Part shown: piece after piece, positions 23,026 to 37,445 of the stretch | Layout: every line of letters starts with the position of its first letter | How positions within the stretch are numbered: the stretch's first letter is position 1 | Source: Octopus bimaculoides | Taxonomy: Eukaryota | Direction of reading: 5' to 3' | DNA: 64,000 bases | NCBI RefSeq assembly: GCF_001194135.2 | Contig: NC_068993.1 | Coordinates: 42,811,422-42,875,421, forward strand | Program-made: the position numbers and the translations under genes | Notes under the pieces: model-generated | Databases searched by the model: none | What the model was told of the DNA's origin: nothing | What the model saw: the letters and a program-made list of their open reading frames with translations, nothing else

Positions 23026-24269
23026 GTGTGTGTGTGCGTGTGTGTGTGTGTGTGTGTCAGTGTGTGTATTTAAATATGTATACTTCTGTATGTGAACATA
23101 TGCTTGTGCTTGTATGTTGTGTGCTTATAAAATTTACTTATTTTATAAGTCTNNNNNNNNNNNNNNNNNNNNNNNNNNNNNNNNNNNNNNNNNNNNNNNN
23201 NNNNNNNNNNNNNNNNNNNNNNNNNNNNNNNNNNNNNNNNNNNNNNNNNNNNNNNNNNNNNNNNNNNNNNNNNNNNNNNNNNNNNNNNNNNNNNNNNNNN
23301 NNNNNNNNNNNNNNNNNNNNNNNNNNNNNNNNNNNNNNNNNNNNNNNNNNNNNNNNNNNNNNNNNNNNNNNNNNNNNNNNNNNNNNNNNNNNNNNNNNNN
23401 NNNNNNNNNNNNNNNNNNNNNNNNNNNNNNNNNNNNNNNNNNNNNNNNNNNNNNNNNNNNNNNNNNNNNNNNNNNNNNNNNNNNNNNNNNNNNNNNNNNN
23501 NNNNNNNNNNNNNNNNNNNNNNNNNNNNNNNNNNNNNNNNNNNNNNNNNNNNNNNNNNNNNNNNNNNNNNNNNNNNNNNNNNNNNNNNNNNNNNNNNNNN
23601 NNNNNNNNNNNNNNNNNNNNNNNNNNNNNNNNNNNNNNNNNNNNNNNNNNNNNNNNNNNNNNNNNNNNNNNNNNNNNNNNNNNNNNNNNNNNNNNNNNNN
23701 NNNNNNNNNNNNNNNNNNNNNNNNNNNNNNNNNNNNNNNNNNNNNNNNNNNNNNNNNNNNNNTATATATATATACATATAAATGTATACACATACATATA
23801 TGCATAAATGTATGTATGTACAAACGTATGAATGCATTCATGTATGTATACATGGTGGCAGTCACATCTTAGCTTTTCTGACTCTTGGGTGTCTTTGCAG
23901 ACAGGTGCCGTAGTAGTTGCCATCAGGAAATATGTGGTGTGCGCGCGCATGTGTGTGTCAGTGTATGTGTTTGTGTATGTGTGTGTGTCTGTATGTGTGT
24001 GCATGTGTGCGTACCAACCTACATACCAACCTACACACTCATATAACACGTACATATATGTCTACATTTTTATTCATATATAATATACATACATGTATAT
24101 ATACACATGCACGCCACACATACATAGCTACACATGCGTATGTGTGTATGTATGTGTTTGTGTGTGTATGGATGTGTGTGTATGTGCGTGTTTGTTTGTG
24201 AACGTGTGTGTGTGTGTGTATGTGGGTGTATATGTGTGTGTAAGACAGATACTCAAAGAATGAAAAACC

Positions 24270-26400
24270 AAAACGCCTATAGCTTTGGGAGGCTATCCAA
24301 TATTAGCCAGTTCTTAATGGCTAGTCTTTAGTTCCAGCTTCTGCACGTCTATATCTGTAGGGAAAACACGTGTTTAATGGAATAATTTTCAATAGTTGCA
24401 TTGCTATTGAGGTACCATTGGATAAATTCTAAGGTGCGCGATATCAGGGTTCAAGACACGGTGGTTGCGATAGGAGGAAAAACAACGCGTGTCTGATAAG
24501 ATCACGTAGAAGGGCAGGCTGAGATGCCGTTGTCGTGCTGAACAAGAAACAGAGAGAAGATACCTTTTGTCGGAGATCTAATGGTGGCAGCGTGTTAGTA
24601 ATTGAATCTTTGAGCCTGGTCTCAATCGTTTACATTTCAGAAGATCGACTCTTGTTTGCAGAGCATACAGAATTTGTGGATAAAAATAACGACAAGCAGG
24701 TCATTGATTCACAGAAGTAAACGAGTGAGAGACATATGTGTACACTAGGGTTCACGAATGCGTTGTATGTACCAAGTTAGATTCAGAAGGTGGAGCTTGT
24801 TACAATGTCTCCATTACTATTTAAGTGTTGAAGTTGAGAGCGATAGATGGTTAGTTTGCAGAAAATAGAGATAGCTCTTCTTTTTAATAGGTTACAACTT
24901 TGCATGGTTGTACAGAACGAGGTGTAAGCCAATTGAGAGGGAAATACTAAAGAGCTTCGTGAAGATCGGAGTCACCTGAGAAACTTGAGTAAAGTTTGTC
25001 AAGACCAGTTATTTTGTGGGGTAAGAGCAATCAGAGATTTCACTAGATTCCAACACATATTTCATGGTGAGGAAATTGTAACGAAATAGAGTCCATCATC
25101 AGCTTATTCTATGGAGCTGGAATTAGAAATAGAACATATAGCAAATGGCCTCATTAGCAAGAATATTATTTATACTACGAGTTTGTTTGAGTGTTCCGAA
25201 GTAGACACTGTTGTAATTTTGATCATGAGAGAGCAATGTTTGCTTTTCTGATGATTGCAGCTTTTCTGATGATTGCAGTTTTTCTTTCAAAGGTTCCAAT
25301 AGCTAAACGCTGTGCAATTCGTGATAATTGTCAACTTTTTACAGTTATAACAAGAACTGCAGTAGCGTAGCTGTTGCAACCAGCGTATCTGGTTTTCTGT
25401 TGTGTAAGAATTATTTCGGAACATAGTAGATTATGTTCGGTTACTCTCTTAGCTCTTTTGGGTGGTGTGTTAAGGATAAAACGTATTTACTACCAAGTGT
25501 AGTTGAAACAAAATTGTTGGGAGAAGCAATTGTTCTAAGATGTATCATTTATAAAAGAATTGCCAGAGAGAAAATGGATTTAGAGATAATGAAGAGATCA
25601 ATAGAGTCTAGAGAAACATTGTCTTGATCAGGTAAACGGTTAGTAGAGGACCTAATAAAGTCAATTTAGAATAGCAGACGATTAGCCTTTTGCATTTAGG
25701 AATCTGAGTGTTCTTTGAATTCACAGAAGATAATGACTTCACTAGAAGGTTCAGATAGAGTTCAGATAGAGTTCAGATAAATTTCCTCAAACTTGTCCGA
25801 TTACCAGCTATTGTACCACAATCTCTCGGAAGAGCAGGTAAATACAGAGGGTCAAGGAACAGAATGTTGAAAACTAAATGAAAGAGGTGAGAGTGACTTT
25901 TAGGTAAAAGCAGGTATCTTCCAATAAAAAGCTGACATATAGCGCATTGGAACGTGAAATAGGCTGAGTACAGTGAATAGCAAATTTGTCTCTGATAAGA
26001 TTAGTGTTTTGTGGGGGGTTTTGTAAGTGATGGTTGATAAATGTTACATTGGATTTCAGATGTAAAGTAGAATTATAGAGCATATTAATATGTAATGCTT
26101 GTTAGACGGTCATATTGTTTCCAGAAATTAACACAGAATACAGAACCTTGAGCCTATGAATCGATAGTACCTTTTGATTAAGTAATGCCAGTCTCTGAGA
26201 GGATCTTGTATTATCTGGGCCAGCAAACCTGCACCAGTGTGTAGAAGAACCGGTATTTATTCGGCGGTTGATAGGGAAATACTCTGAAGTGTTATCCATA
26301 ATTTTAGGGATGTTGTGCGAGCTTTTGTTGAGGGTTTTCGATACAAAGAAAATTTGTACTGTTCTCTGAAACAATTACTAATACTATACAGGGGTAGATG
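24270..26400 (-). mobile_element. Degenerate CR1-clade LINE (AP endonuclease plus internally deleted RT)
   Basis: Minus-strand fragments in canonical order: LKSNVTFINHHLQ / ILSETN; VIIFCEFKEH (~GDFNxH); TNRLPDQDNVSLDSIDLFIIS (~PTRIPD..LDLFL); LLL*INDLL; TNTLPPLDLRQKVSSLCF (~LxxLxHRRxVASL). Ends at a CA-rich microsatellite. Confidence 0.75.
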
Positions 26401-28031
26401 CAATCAGGTGATTCAGTGGACTTCACATTAGTTCTTGTCCACGTTCTTCAAATCAAGTGAACTTTGTTAAACGCATCCCCCAAAAAAAATCAGATGGTTA
26501 TGTTAACTTGATGGCGTTTCAGACCAACGACTCAAAGAAAAACAATAGGCTGTGGTGATTTGTTAAGTACCTGCACTTATGATGGCGTCTTACGTAGCTC
26601 GAAACCAGTCACTTGCACTCAAAAATGACGATAAATCTGAAACGAGTTGAGATAGATTTTCTTGAGTTCATCACTGTCAAACCAACATGACTTCCATTGT
26701 AATATTCTGCTATGCGTAACTGAATGCGGAAAGACGTCGATAAGAAATTCACAAGAGAGAAGATAGAGACAATATACGTAAATAGCTAAAAATGGATGCT
26801 GCATTTATGCGTCTGTTTGTATCAAAACAAGAGGCCTTTTATTTTTCATACAAACGATGATTATATAATCTCAGAATTTTTAAAATTATATGTTTTATAC
26901 AATTATAAAAAGCATATATTTTATAATTTACATAACAGACCAGAGGAGAGAGAACGTGAAACGATCTAGTGACAGAATCGGTTCTCATGAAGTGAAATTA
27001 CAACGTAATTCAGTGTCGCATAAAGTTGAATTCGATGTAGTATAATGGTATTATATTTCAATTTTTAATACTGCAGTATTTAAATTGTGTGACTTCTTGT
27101 AGTTATTAACGTGAATAATAAGTATATTTTAATCCGTTCATTGTCTTGTACATGTAGGTATCTTTATAGATTACTGAAACACATGTCAGTTTTCTTTCAG
27201 ATTTATTTACAAACATTCTGAATATATGCTTACTTGCGGTTTTGCTGATGCAGACAGCTGCAGAACATTCGAGTTGCTTTATGATATTTTTTATGAAAGG
27301 GACAAATGTTGCTTTTGTCAACATATAATAGAATCGTACAAAATACATTGAAGCAAATCGTAGAGTCAGAAACGTCCCTTGTAAAAATCGTTCCTACATC
27401 CCAATTACATCTCGATATGTTGACACTGCCTAAGATCAGACTAACCTTCCTCCTACCACATCCCCAATTTTAAATTTTAATTAGTAGGAATTAAATGAGG
27501 CTTTTGTACTCCATCCCAACTCAATAAAGTATTTATATTCTAACTTATCACCCTTGCCTCCGTTTGTTTGATTTAAGCATTATCCAAACAATGCTTTTAC
27601 CTGTATATTGATACAGTCAGAATTAATGAGCGTTAACGTCATTGCCGCATTAACTATGTTACCGTTTACTTTACAACTACTAGAATAACCAATAGGATTT
27701 TGCATTCTATATCCACTATGACTTCGTTTTATCAACGTATTCCGTGGTCACCTATCATTTTTCTAAAACAGATATTTTCGGAAAATAAGAAATTCGTATT
27801 CTCTTTAATAAATATTTCCCGTGTTATCACATCTGAAGATAGTCAACAGCATACTAACCAATCTTTCCTTTTAAATTACATTTTAGTTATTAAAGCCTAA
27901 ATTTCGTTTTTGACCAAAATATTTCTTGTATTCCTCTTATTATATTCACATGTTTACTTGTCTCCTACTATCTTCACCCCACTAATTACTGTTTTAAAAA
28001 TCTCATACTTAAATAACGTATTCGTACTTAT

Positions 28032-28158
28032 GTATGAATTTTTACTACACCACATATGAATTCAGTATCGATTTTTACTCACTTCTACATTAGGTATAAA
28101 TCTTTACTACCTCATACTTAGATTAGGTATGAATTTTAACTAAGCCGTACTTAAATTA
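28032..28158. repeat. Degenerate ~30-33-bp minisatellite (about 4 units)
   Basis: Units start GTAT(G/C/A)(A/G)AT..TT(T/A)ACT at 28032 and at three further positions ~30-33 bp apart. Confidence 0.5.
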
Positions 28159-29523
28159 ACTCACACACTAACGAGCATATGGATTACTTATTCTATATCA
28201 AAAAAAAAAATATACATTTAGCTTTGCTTACAAATAATTTCAGGATTATATACTTAAAAAGCGAGATCATATGTATTTGACAACCGAATCATTGTGATTT
28301 CAATATAATTGTGACTCATTATCTCTAGGCTGAATAATTATCTTATATGGAATTAATGCCCTCAAACTGCACTTTCTGTAGATTGCATATTTACTCGTTA
28401 TGATGATCACAGTATGGTGGTTGGGTTGCTGTTGTTAATGCTGCTATTAAATTTAACAAAACAGTGTAGAAATTTCTACGTATAAATCACTGTTATCTAT
28501 AGTTGAAATTAGCAAAAAAGCTATTCGACTGGAAATTTTCACAATAGTTAATTATTTGTTGTTAATATTTCTAAAAGTTCTTTAATGAATCGCACACACA
28601 CTGAGAACTTCAATAAATATTGCAAGTCTGAAATACTTCAACGTTTGATTATATCAAAACATTGTCTTCTGTTGATTCATTTTTACCTTTGTTGTTATTG
28701 TTGTTGTTGCTGTTATTATTAATATTATTAATGTTGTTGTTGTTGTTGTATTATGTATTTCATAATTAATTACTTCGGGGGAAATGGTTATAGCTATACC
28801 TTTGGAGAATACAATCTGTATATGCTTTGTCTTGTTTTCTATATGTGAGATGGAAACTATTATTTACACATACTGAGTAGGAAACATGCGAGTGGAAGAA
28901 ACAATACAATACTTTGATATCTCTCTGAATACGCACAGTATCTTCTCCATAAGTAAATTTCTATGAATTTGAAAAATATTTTTTTTAAACGCCAATTTTA
29001 ATTATTAATTCGCATAAAAAGTTTTCATAATTCCATTTTTGAAATAGTACAAGAAAATAGAGCAAAAGAGGAATGGTAGAGAAGAAATCAATAGTAGTTA
29101 TCTTGAAATATTCAAATAGACGAATCTCTCCAGGCATTTAAAGAAATAAAAACAATTCGTTCAATTTTAATAAGGTAAGATGTATATGTTCTTGAAATAT
29201 AAAAATAAAAACAGCTATTTCAAGCACAAACAAATTCCACAAGAAATTGCGTACCAAATACGTAGATGCATTATTGAGAGTGTGTACTAAGAATGTGTAT
29301 ATAATTCACTGAGGTTATGAAGTATATTAATGCAGATTATTTTGCCGCTAAAAATTACTTCTGATGTACAGATCTTTATCAGCGCAAAGTTTGCAAGGCT
29401 GAGACACTTTCAGAGACAAGGGAATATAATTATAGCATGTAAATTACAAAAGTTCGTGTTATTGATTTTGCAGTTACACACCGTGTATAGCGATTCTTCT
29501 ACAACATGTTCTTTTGTTCAGAA

Positions 29524-29556
<33 letters not shown>

Positions 29557-29689
29557 TATATAAATAAATATATNNNNNNNNNNNNNNNNNNNNNNNNNNN
29601 NNNNNNNNNNNNNNNNNNNNNNNNNNNNNNNNNNNNNNNNNNNNNNNNNNNNNNNNNNNNNNNNNNNNNNNNNNNNNNNNNNNNNNNNN

Positions 29690-29723
<34 letters not shown>

Positions 29724-32700
29724 GTATATATATATGCATACATACGTACATTCATATATCAAGGGTGATTTTTAAAATAGATTTCATAACCACACATGCA
29801 TATCAAAATCTATGTATCTATATGAAATTTTAAATTCATAGTTTCTTGGATCTGTCCCTTTCTTTTTTTTTCATCTATTTTAGTCTCCTTTGATTTATTC
29901 TCAAGTCATATAAATAACATCAATATGTATTTTTTATTTTAATATATATTTTCATTTCCAACTTTTACTAAAAAGTATTTTCACCCAAAAATTCTCATAA
30001 AATACAATTTGACATTTTCCTCAACAAAATTTTGATATTTTTTATGATACTTTTAGATTTCCGTTTCATTGTTTTTATTTTCCTTTATTATTACAATAGG
30101 CGATTCAGAGCAAGTTTAAGTTTCAATCTCATAACTTTATTTATGTTTATATTTTTGTTTTTTCTTCTTTCCATAGAATTTTAATCTCCATCTTTATTCT
30201 AATCCCTCCAAGAGTCAGAATCATGAGTCAGAAATTATCTTATGCGACAGTGCACAAAACTTTCCAATTGTTTTTAATACATTCTTATACACACGTCTGT
30301 ATTAACGCAGGCATACGTTTCAAAAGACGATAAGGATATGAGCATGTTTAAATGGATACAGTTTTATTTGTGACTGAAAAACGCACGAACAAACACACAA
30401 GCAACTACTTCAAGAAGGTGCAGAAGGAACAAACTGTACAACATAGTAATAATTATACAACAGATAACGATTTTTCGTAAGAATGTTTTTGCATTAGGAA
30501 TCACATGAGGAGATGATGGCGAAAACCTACTACACTTCCCTTATGTAAAATGAAAAAAAAAATGATAGATAAAGGAACATAGATTGCCAGTTCAGAAGTG
30601 CAAGTCAAAAGGTCGTCGGATCATGTCTTATCGGTACAGCATTTCATTTTGCTACACCGATGTTAAATTACTAACTCTTAAATGATTACTTTAGGGTGCT
30701 ATATATTACAGCTCTAAACAGTGGACAAACTCTGCAATTAATGAGTAATCCGCTGGCTTCTGTAACAGGGTTTCAGTCTCTTCGTCTTTAACAACTATCT
30801 GTAATAGGTTGGTGAGATATTTTTCATCCATTTAATTTCGCAGAATCTACAAAACACAGCGAAAATAAAGAACAAACAGTGCAATGTTTTTCAAACTTTC
30901 CTTGGGCCATCGGTTAATTATTTATTTACGTCTATAGCTTAATGATCCTGAAAAACAGATATATGCGCACGTGAGTGTGTGATTGTGTGTTCTGTGAATC
31001 TTTGCGGCATGGCAGACGTTGTCTTTACTGAAGAGATTACACAGGAAACAATGAATCCTCAGTGGTGGATCTGCTAGAAATTTCACTACTACCTTCGCAT
31101 AAAGATAAAGACCAATCACAAGTGTCAAAGCCAAAAATACAGGGACTTTTTTTCTTGCCATCCAAAACCAAATAGTCAATATATACAAATAGCTGACTAC
31201 TGCTCTGAGACCGCCAACCAAATGTGTCCATGGAGATTTGTAGCATTAGGATTTCTCGCAGTCTTCTTTTATTTGTGGAGATTTGTGTTCGATTGCAATC
31301 CTAGACAAAAGTATCTCTCGTTGAAATTTTCTAGCTTTCAGTTTGAAATATACATATGTGTGTAGAAGCAGGTTGTGTGTATATGTGTGTTGTGTTTGTT
31401 TGTGTAACGTCTGATAAAACATAGTGTGCAAATGTGAAGCCATTAAAGTATATAACGTTAAAATATATAAAGGAATCTATTTCAAAAATTTCATTTAAAA
31501 TGAATGGAGAAACTAAAAGTATTGATTTTACTTACAAGCTAGACAAATAATCTATGCTGAGACAAAAGTGCATAATTTTAAGATTAGAAATATGTGGTGT
31601 CTCAATAATTGTGTTTTTCTTTTTGGCAGTCCGTACTGAAGGAGACATAGTGTTGCAACCTGAACTCTAATAGACGAAAAACAAATTAATGAAAATTAAT
31701 GAAAATTAATGAAAATTGACGCTTGTAATTAAATGTGTAGATACATCAATTATCTCCAGGATAATGTTCATTAACTATTTGAATTTCTGCTAATTTTGTT
31801 AGATATTAAAATATCTTATCAATTAATAATGACTACTGGCTAACGTTATTAGTTGTTTGTGTTATAGCAAGGCTTCTAATGAAGATTGAGATGTATGACT
31901 GAAACTATTTTCAGTTTTAACTTATAGTTCCAAACGTTGACAGAGTTGGTGGGTTACGACTGTAAAATAACCTGGCAAAATCACTACAATTTATTTTGCT
32001 GTCCAAATATTATGAAAATCGTTAGTGTCCTTTAAGCATAGTGTATTCGATGTTGATAAATGCGAACCACTAATTGTCGATAATCAGCGCCATCTATTTT
32101 ATTACTATAATAATATGTTCTTTTGTAAAGAAGAAAAATCGAAATTTATTTTGCAACCAAATTGCTAAATTAGTTTTCTTTAAACCAACTGGGAATAAAT
32201 TAATTAAATATAAAGTTCTACTCATTAGTGAGTTAATTAGATACTTGGGGGAAAATCAAACTTCTTAACGGCTATTTTGGTTGTAGACATTGCAGAATGA
32301 CTTCTTTGAAGATTCTGCGATCAAAAGTAAAACTGTGCGGACAGAACATCCCGAACCATCTGTCTAAGGCAACAATTAGTAAATTATGTGCAAAGCTCTT
32401 ATTTGAAATCTGCTCACATAACAAGCAGTGGTTGTTTGTTCTGGCACAAATATGTCTGCACTTCAAATATTGGATAAATTTTCAACAATCAAAGCCTAAA
32501 TTAACGCATACACGCAACATATATAATTAGAAGCTTCATTATATTAAATGAGAAAAAATATTGATAACTAATTGACTAACAACAACTAAGGAAATAAAAT
32601 CAAGCATCAAATTACGATAATGTGCCATACGAATGCAGTAATGCACCATACAAGTGCAACTTTCTAAATTATTTCTACTCATGAAATGACTATTTCATGA

Positions 32701-34631
32701 CAGATATCGAATGTTCACTTAAAGGAATTATATATCACCAGTCGTAACATCGACCTATTTCAGTTTATTTTTATTGTTTTAATTATAAGTAGTCGATCTA
32801 GCCTTTATTTAACTTCGTTAAGTATTGTTAAGTAAAGCTTACCGCTTATGGATACGAGAACAATCTTTCGAATTAATCAAAGTTATCGTGTTTGCTACAT
32901 AAAGTGTGTTTGCACTTGCTTCAAACGAATATGATACTCTATACTCTACTGAATATGATACTCTATACTCTACCAATATAGGTTATATGCATGTGTATAT
33001 ATATGTGCGTGTATATATGTATGTATGTACGTATATGCATGTATGTATGTATGTATTATGTATCACTCCATCCAATCATCTAACTATCTGTCTATCTATC
33101 CATCCATCTATCTATCTTTATATATATATACGTGTGTGTATGTATGTATGCATATATACACACATACACACATACATACACACATACATACATACATATA
33201 CGAATGCGATATCACGTATTATACTGACTAGTTCCAATAAACGTTTTATGTACAATGTGTGTGTGTTATGCATGTATATATTCATCTGTATATATGTATA
33301 TATATCGTATATACACATATACATGTCTGTGAGTGAGTGTGAGTGTGTGTGTGTGTGTATGTGTGTGTGTGTGTGTGTGTGTGTCTGTGTGTGTGTGTGT
33401 GTGTGTGTGTATCACACTTACACATGCATACACATATGTGGGTGTGTATATTTATGCATGTAAAAGATACCCTCTATTGATCTCCCTTCCTTCGACATTT
33501 CTCGGCATAAAAGTTTCGTAAGATAAATTTCACTAAGCTTCACATCCACCCAACACACGAACACACCACTTCACAGAATCACACAAAATACTTATAAGAA
33601 ATTACAACAGCATCTATTATTACAGACTCAACTTTTACAGATATTAGACTTGTCTTAGAGGAATCGGTAATTTCGCGTGCGTGAGTCTGTGTGTATATGC
33701 GTTGTGGGTGCTTGTATGTATGTGTGAGTAGTTAAGCATGTCTCCAACATTTATAGATGTAGCTATATTAGGAAATTGTATTCCTTAAATTCGAATAGCA
33801 TACTAAATAGTTCGATAAAGTTCTTCGATACTCAAAGCGTTATGTTTAAATCATTGTTGAGTACATTGTTTATCCAACTGTGATATTTAATAAAACATGT
33901 CGGTTTTTCATTAATATCCCGTGTACAGTGCTTTGTTTTGCCTTTATTTAAAAAAAGACATAACGATGATTGTTCAATGCTGTAACACAGCAAGGTTACT
34001 GATGCCAATAAATTGTTCTACAATACCCACGATAGGAATACACAAATACACTAATTGACAAAACACATACACATATATACGTATATACATACGTTTACAC
34101 ACATATATACGTATACGTATAAAAATTAATATTTATGACTTAAATACACATAGTACTGTCATATATGCATATATATACATATATATGTATAAATAAAATT
34201 CATATATATATGTATATATACATGTATATATATACATGTATACATACATACATATATATATATANNNNNNNNNNNNNNNNNNNNNNNNNNNNNNNNNNNN
34301 NNNNNNNNNNNNNNNNNNNNNNNNNNNNNNNNNNNNNNNNNNNNNNNNNNNNNNNNNNNNNNNNNNNNNNNNNNNNNNNNNNNNNNNNNNNNNNNNNNNN
34401 NNNNNNNNNNNNNNNNNNNNNNNNNNNNNNNNNNNNNNNNNNNNNNNNNNNNNNNNNNNNNNNNNNNNNNNNNNNNNNNNNNNNNNNNNNNNNNNNNNNN
34501 NNNNNNNNNNNNNNNNNNNNNNNNNNNNNNNNNNNNNNNNNNNNNNNNNNNNNNNNNNNNNNNNNNNNNNNNNNNNNNNNNNNNNNNNNNNNNNNNNNNN
34601 NNNNNNNNNNNNNNNNNNNNNNNNNNNNNNN

Positions 34632-34663
<32 letters not shown>

Positions 34664-35880
34664 CATATATACATTATATATTTATGTTTATATATATACA
34701 TACATATATATATATATGCATATCCATATACAAAAGCATATATGTGTGTAATTAAGCGAATACATATGCACCATGTGTATATCTTAAACATTCTACACAC
34801 ACACACACTCACAGACATACATGTACACTGACACGAACATATTCACACACGCACTCATTCCTCATATAAACACATACAAACAAACACACCCCGCACACAA
34901 ACACATATATATTGTTTTAATTTCATACAGAACATAATAAAAATTTGTGATATTGGTTATTGTAAGCAAGCGTGGAATAAAACAGAATTTTATTAAAAAG
35001 TTGGCCGAAAATATATATAAGCAAAAAAGGAAGTTTCCATCATTTGAGAGTCCTATTATATTCAATATTAGTATTTAGTATTATAATACCATCGTGTAAG
35101 TTCCATCTTCAATTGGAATGTTAGAAGTTTACAATAGAGTAGATGGAAAAAAGCAGAAATATGAGTCTAACGAAGAAAGATAACATACAAGGGTAGGGAG
35201 ATGAGTAGACAGTGCGTACATAAATATAATGAAATATAGGAAAGTTTATATTAAAGTAGTTATGAGCGTTGTATGAATTGAAGATATTAATTATATTATC
35301 AGAGTTAAACCTTTAGACACGCTAAATATTGCATATTTTCAGTGCAGGCGCCATCAAGTGGAAAGGACATTTAATGTTTTGGCGGGATCAATGTGAGGTT
35401 ATATAAAAGCAAGTAAACGAAAGAGAAAATGAAAGTTAAAATAACGACTAGAAATGATCTTAAAACATTCTGAACAATTATTATTATTCACGTACATAAA
35501 GGGCTGACGTCTGTTTATTTATCTTTATACTTATTTGTTGGTCGGTTTTTAGTTACTATTGTCATTACTGTAGTGGTGAAGGTGGTGGCTGTAGTGGCAG
35601 TTGTAGTGATTATGGTGATGGTGGTGGTGGTAGTTATGGCGGTTGTAGTCGTGGTGGATGTTATAGTATTGGTTGTTGTTGGTGTTTTTTTTTTATTCTA
35701 GAGAGAAGATTAAAATGCTTAAAGTATTACAATATTTTTCCTGGACAATAATATATTTTCTAAGTCTACCAGTAATTTTTTTAACTTTGTATAAATCACT
35801 CTATAAGTTCAAAACTTTTGCGATTAAACTGATTGTCCAAATAACTTCATCTCTGCACATGCATGTGTGTATGAGTGTAT

Positions 35881-35968
<88 letters not shown>

Positions 35969-36109
35969 CACTCTCTCTCTCTCAATGTGACTCTTTCTAC
36001 TTGTGTGCGTCAGAAAGTAAGTGAGATTAATTGACGGAAAAAGGAATTAAGTCCAATGATTTATCGGTATATACATGTCTGAGAATTTTGTGTGTAATTT
36101 AATAGAACC

Positions 36110-36140
<31 letters not shown>

Positions 36141-36266
36141 CATACATACATACATAAATACGCGAATATATACACATGCCTATGCATATTATATGTGCAG
36201 AGGAAAATAGCTATATATGATGGGAGAGACACGGAAAGACAGATAAACATACATACATACATACAT

Positions 36267-36297
<31 letters not shown>

Positions 36298-36439
36298 TAT
36301 AGACAGACAGACAGACAGAGAACATACATCTACATATATATACACACACAATTATGCGAAAAATTGTATGTAAATATATATAAACATAATTAAATATAAG
36401 CGTATGTATATAATTGTGTGTATGAGAGTATAAGAGAAA

Positions 36440-36501
<62 letters not shown>

Positions 36502-37302
36502 GAGAAAGAGAGAGAGAGAGAGAATATTACAGATGGCTTCCTGATCAACAGAAATTATAAGAACTGAAATGGTGAAAAATCCAAATACACATATGAACTG
36601 CACGCGCGCACACACACATGTATGCGCACCGGTATAAACAAATACGTACATATAAACATACCTACCTACCTACTTACATACATACATACATGCATACATA
36701 CATACATACATACATACAAACATACATTTATTGCATCAGCGCCTATATGTTTGTGTTGTGTTGGGCGGCGGTGTGTGGACCGAAGTTTTCAATAAAATTA
36801 TTAATCCCAGCCTAGAAAGTCGATTAGGTTATCATAGTGGTGAACCATTCCGTTTATTACTTTCGAACCATCAGGCTAGTCAATACAATATAAATCAATT
36901 ATTAGAAGAACCAACTAAATCTCTCAAATTATCCATTCAACATAATTAAAAGCCTAATTAAAACACTACTTGTTCTTAATACAATTTATATTACGCTATT
37001 AATGTAGATCCCATCGGTACAATCATTGTATATTAATAGATTGTTTGTTTCCCTTTCGTTCTGAACCCCAATCTACTCCACATATAACAATGATTTTCTC
37101 TAAGGTCATTCACAGGGGATTCTCTCCCTTGACCGCATCAGTATTATTACTGACCTCAAGTGAAGCCTTGACAGATTTTTGGATCAAATGAGTAAGAATG
37201 TTTATTCATCGGCTAAGAGTTGAATCCTTGTATGAGTGTTAAATAAAACAGGTTTTCACCTAATATATCTGTTTATCGTTTCAGATAATTGACTGTAGAA
37301 AC

Positions 37303-37445
37303 GCGTGGCCTAGTAATTAAGGTGGTGAACACAAGATCGCGGTTTCAAATTCTTGGGTCGAGCATCACGTTGTGTCCTTGGTCAAAATATTTCATTTGAA
37401 GATAATCTTGCCTGCTTGGCTGTAAATGAATACCAACCCGTTGCT
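37303..37445 (+). mobile_element. Degenerate tRNA-derived SINE (family E-like)
   Basis: GCGTGGCCTAGTAATTAAGG head, GGTTTCAAATTC B-box-like motif, GTTGTGTCCTTGG..GCTGTAAATGAATACC body. Confidence 0.6.

Noticed and set aside
28032-28158. CRISPR-like or other spacer array
   Set aside because: Units are degenerate tandem repeats without unique spacers, in a eukaryotic context.
31017-31053. GTC..CTGAAGA..GAAAC with a 6-bp stem III (type III hammerhead look-alike)
   Set aside because: Only 4 nt are available for stem I, and stem II cannot close (G opposite G).
32272-32466. Minus ORF containing LLIVALDRWFGMFCP, resembling a GPCR DRY motif
   Set aside because: TM3 is not hydrophobic upstream, the Cys3.25 spacing is wrong, a stop follows with no usable donor, and no other TM exons were found.
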